Assembly: GCA_022568195.1 (NCBI GenBank) | Contig: JADFFS010000001.1 | Coordinates: 1 to 63,768, forward strand | Source: Chloroflexota bacterium | GTDB taxonomy: Bacteria > Chloroflexota > Dehalococcoidia > Lucifugimonadales > UBA3495 | Length of the DNA stretch: 63,768 bases | Direction: 5' to 3' | In this document: positions 1 through 8,247 of the stretch, one piece after another | How positions within the stretch are numbered: position 1 is the first letter of the stretch | Layout: the number at the start of each line of letters is the position of its first letter | Translations under genes and position numbers: made by a program | Notes under the pieces: generated by a model | The model's database searches: none | Told to the model about the DNA's origin: nothing | Seen by the model: the letters and a program-made list of their open reading frames with translations, nothing else

Positions 1-28
1 CTGGTCCCTGCTCGACGAACTCACGCTT

Positions 29-1000
29 TCACCTGGACGCCGCGTCAGTCCTCGCGGTCGTCTCGTCCTTGACTGATATTGCCATCGACTTGACCAGCAT
101 CACGTACTCGGATACGGGCTCAAATCCTCTTTCGGTCAGCACTCGACCGAGAGCTATCTGATATTCGGGGACGAGACAAAGAACGGCTTTTGCTCGAGTC
201 AACGATTCGAGGCCGAAGTCCACCATCGCCCCGAGGCCGCGCTCGTGGTCCGGATGAATGGTCGCCTCCAGCTGGCCGGTCCCGGATCTGCGAGTGGTGC
301 TCAGCCATCCGCGGACGGACTCATCTTTGAGCATCACGAACTCCCGGCATCGACTGGGGCGCCGCTCATGGGACGACGTCCAGTGGTCGAAGCTCATCCC
401 CGCGGTGGCCCGGACCTCAGGCGGGGTCGCTGCCGTGTACAGGCGGAAGAGGTCGTAGTCGTCCCCGGGCGCCGCCTCGCGTAACGATGACCATACGTCG
501 GTGATTGACGCGTGCTGACCGCTCGTGGATGGCGGTGGCGAGCCCCTGTAAAGCAGCTCGGAAAAGCACGGGTAGAAGCCGGCGGACTGTGCAGCCTCGA
601 CCAGACGGTCGTCGCGACGAAGCCGCATGAAGACCCGCGCCGCGCCGACCGAGGCCGCTGTCTGAGACACCTTGGCGAGCAGGTCGGAGAGGCAGTCCTC
701 CTCGTTGTCGTTGAGCGATAGATGGGAGACTTCCCAGCTTTGGGGCCCTGAACGCTTACCGACCTTGGCCAGCCCGACGATGCGGCCGTTTCGATGTGAG
801 ACCCACGTGCGGACCGGGCCTCCAACAGAAGACACCGAACGTGGCAGAGCAGCCAACGCGAGACCGAGGGCACTTTCGCGCAGCACCAGGCTACGGGCTG
901 TAATTGCCCGATTAGGCCCCCCTGGTTCGCCCATTACCGTGCAGCGAAACAGGTCAATCGGTCGAAAGGGCCGGACTGGCGTTGGACTTGCTGCGTTCAT
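29..1000 (-). CDS. GNAT-family N-acetyltransferase-like protein (two-lobed, 323 aa)
   Basis: Long ORF. The block RIVGLAKV..WEVSHLSL..CLSDLLAKVSQTAASVGAARVFMRLRRDDRLVEAAQSAGFYP resembles the GNAT acetyl-CoA-binding core. Motif recall only. Confidence 0.5.
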   Translation of the reverse strand: MNAASPTPVRPFRPIDLFRCTVMGEPGGPNRAITARSLVLRESALGLALAALPRSVSSVGGPVRTWVSHRNGRIVGLAKVGKRSGPQSWEVSHLSLNDNEEDCLSDLLAKVSQTAASVGAARVFMRLRRDDRLVEAAQSAGFYPCFSELLYRGSPPPSTSGQHASITDVWSSLREAAPGDDYDLFRLYTAATPPEVRATAGMSFDHWTSSHERRPSRCREFVMLKDESVRGWLSTTRRSGTGQLEATIHPDHERGLGAMVDFGLESLTRAKAVLCLVPEYQIALGRVLTERGFEPVSEYVMLVKSMAISVKDETTARTDAASR

Positions 1001-1275
1001 TATTGCCGGGGATTCAGGGGTTTAGGCTCATGGGCTCGGCGGGATTGGGTTTGGCCTACGCCGCCGCCGGGCGAGTGGACATATACTTCCACCACTCCCT
1101 GTCGCCCTGGGACATGGCCTCGGGGCTGTTACTGGCCCGGGAAGCCGGCGGTGAAGTGGTGGACCGGCAAGGCCAAAGGGCCGGCCTGTTCACGCCCAGC
1201 GTCATCGCCTCCAACCCTGCCCTGATTCAGAGCTTTCTCCAGGCGACCGAGGGCCACCCCTGGCGGGAGGGGTAG
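982..1275 (+). pseudogene. C-terminal remnant of an inositol monophosphatase (SuhB/IMPase family) gene
   Basis: GFRLMGSAGLGLAYAAAGRVDIYFHHSLSPWDMASGLLLAREAGGEVVD matches the IMPase C-terminal signature (GSAAL.LA.VA.G..D......WD.AAG.L...EAGG). Only about 90 aa of an expected ~260 are present. The upstream DNA is occupied by the opposite-strand GNAT gene, overlapping it by 19 nt. Confidence 0.6.
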
Positions 1276-1349
1276 GGCTCTGGATGCTAACTGCAGGCCT
1301 CGGCTGAGGTGGAAGTGTCTTTTCACACCAACGCGGAGAGGAGACCTGC

Positions 1350-2246
1350 ATGGTAGGTTCGTCGGTGTTCGGACCAGAGCCAGTGGGAGCGGTGTTAAGC
1401 AGCCGCGGCTTCACGATCGAAGCCAAGGGGAACGTCGGCGACATTTTGTTGCCTTTGGATAGTCCCTCAGCGCTCGCAGGCGAAACGATTAATGAATTCA
1501 GAAGATTATTTGCCCATTCGTCGTTCCGGAAGCTAGTCCGCAACATTACGGCTGGCGGCGGCAACGCCACCATGGCCGAGCTCCGCACGATTGCCGGGCG
1601 TCAGGCTGATGAGTACGTAAGGTTTCTTGTGGATCTCGGGGTCGCTGAGATCCAAGACGACGAGGTCAACCTCATCCGCAAGATCAACAACATCGGACCA
1701 AGCCTTGAATGGTATGTGGCTGATATATGTCAGAGGCAGTTTGCCGGTAGCGCCGACTGGTCGGTCAAGCTAGCCGATTTTGAGTATAACGACTTCGATG
1801 TGATAGCCTGGTTGCCGCCCATACTTGTTTACATCGAGACCAAGTCCTCAAGGCCATCAGAAGTCAGCGACTCTGAGTTGAGGAATTTTCTTCAGCGCGG
1901 GGTCGAATTGGCGCCTGAGTTAGCAATACTGCTAATCGACACGGATGATGACCTTGAGGTCACTGGTTTTCTGGAGCGACTCTTCGCCTTGATGATACCT
2001 ACGGTTAAACTGGCGAGTGGAATCACCGACCCCGAATGGGCGCCCGAAAGGCGTTTCATAGCGCCCGCACAAGGATTTTCAGGCATTAGCTTTGGTTATC
2101 TCCGGTACTACGTCACGAACTCCGAGCCATCGATCCACACGCAGCTCGCCAAATGTCTGAGACATTACAACAAAATGGTGAAAGGTCGGCCGTTCTTAGG
2201 CGGAGAGCCAGTAAACTTCGTGACCGGAACAATAGAAGCCAACTAG
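1350..2246 (+). CDS. Hypothetical protein with a possible winged-helix N-terminal region and a PD-(D/E)XK nuclease-like core
   Basis: 298-aa ORF, AT-richer by eye than its neighbours. DFDVIAW...LVYIETKSS fits a D...(D/E)xK restriction-endonuclease-fold motif. ELRTIAGRQADEYVRFLVDLGVAEI looks like a wHTH. I recognise no named family. Confidence 0.5.
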   Translation: MVGSSVFGPEPVGAVLSSRGFTIEAKGNVGDILLPLDSPSALAGETINEFRRLFAHSSFRKLVRNITAGGGNATMAELRTIAGRQADEYVRFLVDLGVAEIQDDEVNLIRKINNIGPSLEWYVADICQRQFAGSADWSVKLADFEYNDFDVIAWLPPILVYIETKSSRPSEVSDSELRNFLQRGVELAPELAILLIDTDDDLEVTGFLERLFALMIPTVKLASGITDPEWAPERRFIAPAQGFSGISFGYLRYYVTNSEPSIHTQLAKCLRHYNKMVKGRPFLGGEPVNFVTGTIEAN

Positions 2247-2424
2247 GCCTAATGTAACAGCCGTTGAACGGGTATGCCGGAGGTAGCCGCATGGCCCAGG
2301 CGTGTCGAACATCGCTTGTACCTTTCCCCCAACACCCTACCGCCGCAATCCAGATCCCGGGTTCGTCACAACCGAAATTCCTCAGAGCATTGACTTGCTT
2401 CGCCAGCCATTTAATGAGGCTGGC

Positions 2425-2649
2425 TCAGGAAAGTGTCTTAGATGCGTGCTGACGTATAAGATCAGCCAAGGCGCGAAGAGAACGGCTTACCGAGACCGAG
2501 TTGGGGAATACCTCAGCGACATCCGGGTCCAGTAACACCAGGTTCGTCCCCTCGTCGTAAAGCTTGGCGTATTTCCCCCGCGCTCCGTCGGCAAAGTCGT
2601 ACTCATCCAACATATCTGGTTCTGGGTTATCCACGGGTTGCTTCTCCAT
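2425..2649 (-). CDS. brnA: BrnA-like type II antitoxin
   Basis: MEKQPVDNPEPDMLDEYDFADGARGKYAKLY...LDPDVAEVFPNSVSVSRSLRALADLI is the typical antitoxin partner of DUF497 toxins. I chose the start at the internal ATG 2649, which has an AAGAAGGG RBS, rather than the ORF-track start at 2727. It overlaps the toxin 3' end. Confidence 0.7.
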   Translation of the reverse strand: MEKQPVDNPEPDMLDEYDFADGARGKYAKLYDEGTNLVLLDPDVAEVFPNSVSVSRSLRALADLIRQHASKTLS

Positions 2650-2914
2650 ATGCCCTTCTTTCCCGCGGCGTCGCGAGTCGGGTGCTGATGATACGGATAT
2701 TATCTCCTCTTTCGGTATGCACGACAACCAGGATTCTACCGCGATTGGATAACCCTATGGTTATCAATCGGTCCTCTTCTGTCGAGTGTACGGCGTCACC
2801 AATAGTCAGTGAAGAAGGGTCTCCAAATATCGTAGAACACTCCTCAAATGAGACAGCATGTTTGCTCAGATTTTCCTGAGCCTTTTGTTCGTCCCACTCA
2901 AATGAGAGCCCCAT
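2627..2914 (-). CDS. brnT: BrnT toxin (DUF497 family)
   Basis: FEWDEQKAQENLSKHAVSFEECSTIFGDP...RLITIGLSNRGRILVVVHTERGDNIRIISTRLATPRERRAY is the canonical DUF497/BrnT layout. Confidence 0.8.
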   Translation of the reverse strand: MGLSFEWDEQKAQENLSKHAVSFEECSTIFGDPSSLTIGDAVHSTEEDRLITIGLSNRGRILVVVHTERGDNIRIISTRLATPRERRAYGEATRG

Positions 2915-2971
2915 CTATAGCTTTCCTTGTTTAATTATGCTTGACCATGGTTCTTTAACACGCAGGTGGGA

Positions 2972-4204
2972 TCACGGCAGCCGGCGCATCCTCGGCAGGC
3001 CCACGGCCGCGGCAACGCTGATAAAGGCCAGGGCCGCTCCGTTGATCAGCAGGGCGCCCGGCGCGCCCAACAAACCAGCCAGGCCGCCAACCCCCAGGTG
3101 TCCCACCGGAGCAACCCCGATGCTCAAGACCCAAGAACCCATAGCCCGGCCCCGCTGCTCGTCGGGGACATTTTCCTGCATCAGGGTTTTATACAGCGTG
3201 TCCACCGCCATGGCGCTCCCGTTCACCAATACCAGCACCGCCAGGAAGAAATACAGGTTGGAGGATACGGAGAAAGCCATCAGCCCCAGCCCGAAGGCGC
3301 CAGCAATTACAAACATCATCAATCCCTTATGCCTGTAGTCCTTGAGGCTGGCCAGGAGCCAAAGCCCCAGCAAGCCGCCGGCCCTACGCACCGCGGTTAT
3401 GAATCCCAGCCCGACCGGCCCCACGTGGAGCACATCCTTGGCGAAAACCGGAAGCAGTGTCATGTGGGTGAAACCCAGAATCTCGGTGATGGATGCCAGC
3501 CCCATCAGCACCAGCAGAATGCGGTTTTGCCGAACTAGCCGGACGTAGCCCGTCAGGTTGCCCCAAACAGACTCTCGCCGGACAAGCACTGCTCTCCCTT
3601 CCGATTGCATCGCCAGAAGCAGTGGGACCGAGACCAGGTAGCAAAGGCTGACCGCAACGTACTGCCACCCCGGCCCCAGCGCGCCAATCAACACTCCGGA
3701 AGCTATGGCCCCGGCGATGCCTCCCGCCTGCATGCCGATGGAGGTCAGCGCGAGACCATTCAGGGCATTGCCTGGCCCCACGATATCGTAGGCATAGGCC
3801 TGCCTGACCGTCAGGTCGAAACCCAGGACGCAGCCGCCGGCGGTCACCAGGCCGATGACCGCCCATACATCGGCGACTCCAGATAAGAGCAAAATCGCCA
3901 TCAGGGCTGCGACGAGGCTGGCCGCCAGGGTAATCAGGCGCATCAACAATCGGCGCCCAACCCGGTCCGCCACAACGCCGGAAAGGACACCCAGGAAAAA
4001 GAAGGGAGCCATTTGGGCTGCGGCAGCTACCCCGACCATAAAGGGGGAGCCGGTCATTTCAAACACCAGCCAGCCCACGGCGACTTGTGCCATACCGGAG
4101 CCCAGGGCGTAAAGGATGGTTGAGCCCCAGAGAAGCCTGAAGTCCCGGTAACGAAGGGAGGTGGCCCAGGTAGCGTTTCCCGTTAGACGGGCTAGCAGGG
4201 CCAT
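2972..4204 (-). CDS. MFS transporter
   Basis: 410 aa with about 12 hydrophobic segments. N-terminal YRDFRLLWGSTILYALGSGMAQVAVGWLV is typical of the EntS-like MFS subfamily. Confidence 0.8.
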   Translation of the reverse strand: MALLARLTGNATWATSLRYRDFRLLWGSTILYALGSGMAQVAVGWLVFEMTGSPFMVGVAAAAQMAPFFFLGVLSGVVADRVGRRLLMRLITLAASLVAALMAILLLSGVADVWAVIGLVTAGGCVLGFDLTVRQAYAYDIVGPGNALNGLALTSIGMQAGGIAGAIASGVLIGALGPGWQYVAVSLCYLVSVPLLLAMQSEGRAVLVRRESVWGNLTGYVRLVRQNRILLVLMGLASITEILGFTHMTLLPVFAKDVLHVGPVGLGFITAVRRAGGLLGLWLLASLKDYRHKGLMMFVIAGAFGLGLMAFSVSSNLYFFLAVLVLVNGSAMAVDTLYKTLMQENVPDEQRGRAMGSWVLSIGVAPVGHLGVGGLAGLLGAPGALLINGAALAFISVAAAVGLPRMRRLP

Positions 4205-4208
4205 TACG

Positions 4209-5462
4209 TTAGCTTTTTTCTAAATCCGCGGGTGTTGCCGGTATTCCCACCACGCCGGCCTGCACCAGGTCCTCCACGTCCAGGCTGGAAAACCCCGCCT
4301 CCTCAAGCACCTCCCGGCTGTGTTCACCCAGGGCCGGAGCGCGGCGGCGTATGACCCCCGGCGTGGCCGACAGCTTTACCGGAATGCCGATGTTATGTAA
4401 GGTGCCCAAGACCGGGTCGTCCAGGTCGATCATCATGTCCCGGGCGCGAACCTGGGGGTCTTCGTAGACCTGTTCTATGTTGTAGATGGGCCCGGCCACG
4501 ACCCCAGCCTGCTCCAGCACCTCCAGCCAGTGGGCGGTGGTCTCAAGACTGAAGGTCTCTTCCAACAGCGCGGCCAGCTCCGCTTCCCGGGATTTCCGGG
4601 CGCCCGGCATCTTGAACCGCGGGTCCTCGATCAGGGCCTCATGGCCGATGGCCCGGCAAAGCTGCTCCCACGTTGGTTGGGTCGCCGCGCCAATGTTGAT
4701 GTACCCGTCTTTGGTCCTGAGGGATTGATAGGGCGCCGATACCCGATGAGCGGACCCAAGAGGCCCCGGCACCTGGCCGTCGGCGAAAAAACCCGAGGAC
4801 TCCCACACCGTGTAGACGATGCCTGCTTCCAGAAGCGACGTATCCACGATCTGGCCCTGACCTGTTTTCAGAGCGTGGATGTACGCGCACAGAATGCCGT
4901 TGGCCGCCAAAATTCCGGCGGAGATGTCTGTGATGGGCACGCCTACCTTGACCGGAGGCCCTCCCGGGTGGCCGGTGATGCTCATCAGGCCGCTCATGCC
5001 CTGGGCCACCAAGTCGAACCCTCCCCGGTTTTTGTAGGGGCCGGTGCTGCCAAATCCGGATATGGAGCAATAGACCAGGCTGGGCTTCAACTCCGCCAGC
5101 GTTTTGTAGCCAAGCCCCAGCCGGTCCATCACGCCGGGGCGGAAATTCTGTACCACCACGTCAGCCCGTTCCAATAACTTTTTGAACACGCCGATGCCGG
5201 CTTCGTCCCGCAAGTCCAGCACCAGGCTGCGCTTGTTGCGGTTTATGGCCAGAAAGCCCGCGGACCAGCCCTCGATAAACGGCGGTCCCATGCGGCGGTT
5301 GTCGTCCCCGCCATTGGGCTTCTCCACCTTGATGACGTCGGCGCCCATGTCGCCCAGCATCATGGTGCACACCGGGCCAGCCATTATCTGGGTGAGGTCC
5401 AGCACCACCATGCCGGACAGGGCAAACTGGCCGGAGGGGGAGCCCATAGAGGAAGAGTCCAT
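4209..5462 (-). CDS. CaiB/BaiF family III CoA-transferase
   Basis: LSGMVVLDLTQIMAGPVCTMMLGDMGADVIKVEKP..GDD.R and GFDLVAQGMSGLMSITG are family III CoA-transferase hallmarks. I set the start at ATG 5462 (MDSSSMG). The 665-aa ORF-track extension upstream is antisense to the radical SAM gene. Confidence 0.85.
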   Translation of the reverse strand: MDSSSMGSPSGQFALSGMVVLDLTQIMAGPVCTMMLGDMGADVIKVEKPNGGDDNRRMGPPFIEGWSAGFLAINRNKRSLVLDLRDEAGIGVFKKLLERADVVVQNFRPGVMDRLGLGYKTLAELKPSLVYCSISGFGSTGPYKNRGGFDLVAQGMSGLMSITGHPGGPPVKVGVPITDISAGILAANGILCAYIHALKTGQGQIVDTSLLEAGIVYTVWESSGFFADGQVPGPLGSAHRVSAPYQSLRTKDGYINIGAATQPTWEQLCRAIGHEALIEDPRFKMPGARKSREAELAALLEETFSLETTAHWLEVLEQAGVVAGPIYNIEQVYEDPQVRARDMMIDLDDPVLGTLHNIGIPVKLSATPGVIRRRAPALGEHSREVLEEAGFSSLDVEDLVQAGVVGIPATPADLEKS

Positions 5463-5606
5463 ATCTGTTGTGCCAGCTGCAGCGAAGCTCAAACGGGTCG
5501 CCAAAGGAAGACCTGACCGTATTCTCGCCGCAGCATCCTTTCTAAGCAAAGTGCATCCAAAGTATACTAGACGCCGCGACGCCGGCGCCACCGGGGATAA
5601 CGGAGT

Positions 5607-5674
5607 AAATCCCCCTATATCCCCCTTTGTTAAAGGGGGACCGAAGGGGGATTTAAGACCGGGGATTTTAGACC
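5607..5674. repeat. Nested palindrome plus 14-nt tandem direct repeat in the divergent intergenic region
   Basis: AAATCCCCCT (5607-5616) pairs with AGGGGGATTT (5645-5654). Inner CCCCCTTT (5621-5628) pairs with AAAGGGGG (5632-5639). This is followed by GGGGATTTAAGACC / GGGGATTTTAGACC (5647-5674). Confidence 0.7.
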
Positions 5675-5687
5675 GAGGAGAAAGAGA

Positions 5688-7166
5688 TTGGATACGTCCA
5701 AGACAGTGGGGGCCGCCACCAAAACTGCGCGGGTGAAGCAGGACGCGGACTTCATCTTTCACGAGTTGACCCGCAGCATCTGCCCCGAGTGCAAGACCGT
5801 CATTGACGCCCAGATTATCCTTCGCAACAACAAAGTCTACATGCGCAAGCGGTGTCCGGAGCACGGTTGGTTCGAGGCTATAATCAGCTCCGACGCCGAG
5901 ATGTACGTCAATTCCGTCAAGTTCAACAAACCGGGTACCATCCCCTTGGAATTCAGCACCGAGGTGAAGGACGGTTGCCCCCTGGACTGCGGGCTGTGCC
6001 CGGAGCACAAACAGCACATTTGCTTGGCCTTGATCGAGGTCAATACCGCCTGCAACCTGAACTGCCCCGTCTGCTTCGCCAACGCCGGCATAGGCTTCAG
6101 CCTGACCATGGACCAAGTGGAGCGGATGCTGGACCGGTTTGTCGAAATCGAGGGCGACCCCGAGGTGGTCCAGTTCAGCGGCGGAGAGCCGACCATCCAC
6201 CCTCAAATCCTAGACATGATTCAGGCTGCCAAAGACCGCGGTATCAGCCAGGTAATGATCAACACCAACGGGGTCCGCATCGCCCGTGACGACAAGTTCC
6301 TGGAAGAGCTGGCCAAGCTAAAACCGGTGATCTACTTTCAGTTCGACGGACTCAGGCCCGAAACCTACCTGACGATACGCGGCGAGGACTTGTTGGATTT
6401 GAAATTGCGCGCCTTGGACCGGCTGCACCAAGCAGGGCTGGACACGGTGTTGGTGGCGGCAATCGAACGAGGCGTGAACGTGGACGAAGTCGGGGCCTTG
6501 GTGGAGTTCGGCCTGCAGCAACCAGGGGTTTGCGGAACCGTTTTCCAACCGGTCACCCACGTGGGTAGGCACATACCCTTTGATCCGCTGGAACGGGTGA
6601 CCATTCCCGACGTTATTCACGGCATCGTTGAACAGACCAACGGCCGCTTCGTACTGGAGGACTTCGTCCCGGTACCATGCTGCTTTCCCACGTGCCAGGT
6701 AAACTCCTACGTTTTCGTCGACGGCGAGACGGTGGTACCCTTGCCCCGTATGCTGGATATCGACCAATACCTGGACTACATCACCAACCGGGCAATCCCC
6801 AAGGCGCCCAACGACGCCGACGTGCGGGCAGCGTTGGAAGGGCTGTGGTCGGCCTCGGCCGTGGCGGGCACGGAAAAAACCGCCGGCCAGTTTCAGTGCG
6901 CCTGCGGGCCCGGCATGGACTTGGGCTACGAGCTTTCCCACCTGAAGAACCACATTTTCCAGATCGCCATCAAGGACTTCATGGACCCATACACCTTCAA
7001 CGTCAAGCAGGTAATGAAGTGCTGCGTAGGCATCCTGGTGCCCGACGGGCGGGTCATCCCCTTTTGCGCCTACAATTCGGTGGGCTACCGGGAAGAGATT
7101 CGCGAGAAACTGACGATGCAACCCAAGACCGCATCCCTAGCATCGCGACCCACACAAGGAAGTTAA
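5688..7166 (+). CDS. Radical SAM protein, MJ0619 / tetraether lipid synthase (Tes, GDGT-MAS)-like family
   Basis: N-terminal CPEC..(x21)..CPEH zinc/rubredoxin-like knuckle, then CPLDCGLCPEH, then the radical SAM CNLNCPVC motif, and C-terminal Cys motifs (PCCFPTC, KCCVG...IPFCAYN). TTG start preceded by GAGGAG. Confidence 0.75.
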   Translation: MDTSKTVGAATKTARVKQDADFIFHELTRSICPECKTVIDAQIILRNNKVYMRKRCPEHGWFEAIISSDAEMYVNSVKFNKPGTIPLEFSTEVKDGCPLDCGLCPEHKQHICLALIEVNTACNLNCPVCFANAGIGFSLTMDQVERMLDRFVEIEGDPEVVQFSGGEPTIHPQILDMIQAAKDRGISQVMINTNGVRIARDDKFLEELAKLKPVIYFQFDGLRPETYLTIRGEDLLDLKLRALDRLHQAGLDTVLVAAIERGVNVDEVGALVEFGLQQPGVCGTVFQPVTHVGRHIPFDPLERVTIPDVIHGIVEQTNGRFVLEDFVPVPCCFPTCQVNSYVFVDGETVVPLPRMLDIDQYLDYITNRAIPKAPNDADVRAALEGLWSASAVAGTEKTAGQFQCACGPGMDLGYELSHLKNHIFQIAIKDFMDPYTFNVKQVMKCCVGILVPDGRVIPFCAYNSVGYREEIREKLTMQPKTASLASRPTQGS

Positions 7167-7215
7167 CCCGTTTGGCAGCATCATTGCATCTGACTTTAAG
7201 ACGCAGCGGTCCCAG

Positions 7216-8019
7216 TTGAACTTGACCGACCAAGCCCTGGCCAAAGCCTGCTGCGCCGACCTGTACCAATCGGACGTGGCGCGATTGGTATTCGGCGACA
7301 GCCTCCACCCTGGAGGACTGGCGTTGACCAACCGATTGGCCCGGTTAATGGAAGTACAAGCCGGAGATTGGGTGTTGGACTTGGCCAGCGGCCGGGGCGT
7401 TAGCGCCATGGCGGTCTCCCGCGTGTTCCACTGCAACGTGGTCGGTGTCGAGTTCGGCGCCGCATCGGTGGCGGAATCCTTGGCGAAATCCACCGAATCG
7501 CCATCAGCGCCCACCTCTTTCTTCATACGAGGCGACGCCGAATGCCCTCCCATACGTCCAGGCCGCTTTGATTCGGCGTTCTGCGAGTGCTCCATGAGCT
7601 TGTTTATGGACAAAGCCGGGGCGGTGGGCGAGATCACGAGGCTGCTGCGTCCCGGAGGCAGGTTTGGCCTCAGCGACGTTACCCTGGCGCCGGGCGCCCT
7701 GCCCACGGAGTTGGATGGCACCGTCGGGCAGCTTTTGTGTCTGTCCGACGCCTTGGACGTCCAGGGGTACTTAAGCCTGCTGGAAGGCGCTGGCTTGGAA
7801 GTCGTCGTACAGGAAGATTCCTCAGCCGGCATTCTGAAGATTATGGACCAGGTGGAGGGCAAGCTGGGCGCCCTCAATGCCTGGATGAGCCTCTACCCGC
7901 AAGCGGATCAGAATTCGGACGTCTTGGATACAGTACCTCGGGTAATCGCCACCCTGCGCGCCATTGTGGAATCCGGGGACCTGGGCTATTGGACGTTTGT
8001 GGCCCAGAAGCCCCTCTAG
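7216..8019 (+). CDS. Class I SAM-dependent methyltransferase
   Basis: VLDLASGRGVSAMAV (motif I) and LRPGGRFGLSDV (post-motif). The N-terminal ACCADLYQSDVARLVFGDSLHPGGLALTNRL block is typical of a methyltransferase subfamily. TTG start. Confidence 0.75.
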   Translation: MNLTDQALAKACCADLYQSDVARLVFGDSLHPGGLALTNRLARLMEVQAGDWVLDLASGRGVSAMAVSRVFHCNVVGVEFGAASVAESLAKSTESPSAPTSFFIRGDAECPPIRPGRFDSAFCECSMSLFMDKAGAVGEITRLLRPGGRFGLSDVTLAPGALPTELDGTVGQLLCLSDALDVQGYLSLLEGAGLEVVVQEDSSAGILKIMDQVEGKLGALNAWMSLYPQADQNSDVLDTVPRVIATLRAIVESGDLGYWTFVAQKPL

Positions 8020-8108
8020 TCTTGACGACGTACTCTGGCTCCAAAGCCGTGGCTACATACCCAATATCACCCCAAGGCGGTTGACACACCTCTAAGAGCA
8101 TGTGTGAC

Positions 8109-8196
8109 ATGTCATTCTGAGCGAAGCGAAGAATCTGGGGTGGCGGGGAGTGACCCCTCCCCAGATGCTTCGTCGTTGCCCTCCTCAGCATGACAT
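8109..8196. repeat. Imperfect palindromic intergenic element (copy 1 of 3), termini ATGTCATTC...GAATGACA-like
   Basis: ATGTCATTCTGAGCGAAGCGAAGAATCTGGGG...CCCCAGATGCTTCGTCG...CAGCATGACAT. The arms are reverse complements. Related copies lie at 55968-56054 and 59357-59467. Confidence 0.8.
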
Positions 8197-8247
8197 TGGA
8201 GATGTGCCTGGCATTCTCACACACCCTCTAAGGTCCGCTCTGAAAGG

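Noticed and set aside
5463-6206. N-terminal 248-aa extension of the 665-aa ORF (4209..6206, minus)
   Set aside because: The extension is antisense to the well-supported radical SAM gene and is low-complexity (G/A/V/L/D-rich). CoA-transferase homology begins only at MDSSSMG (ATG 5462). This is a typical high-GC shadow ORF.
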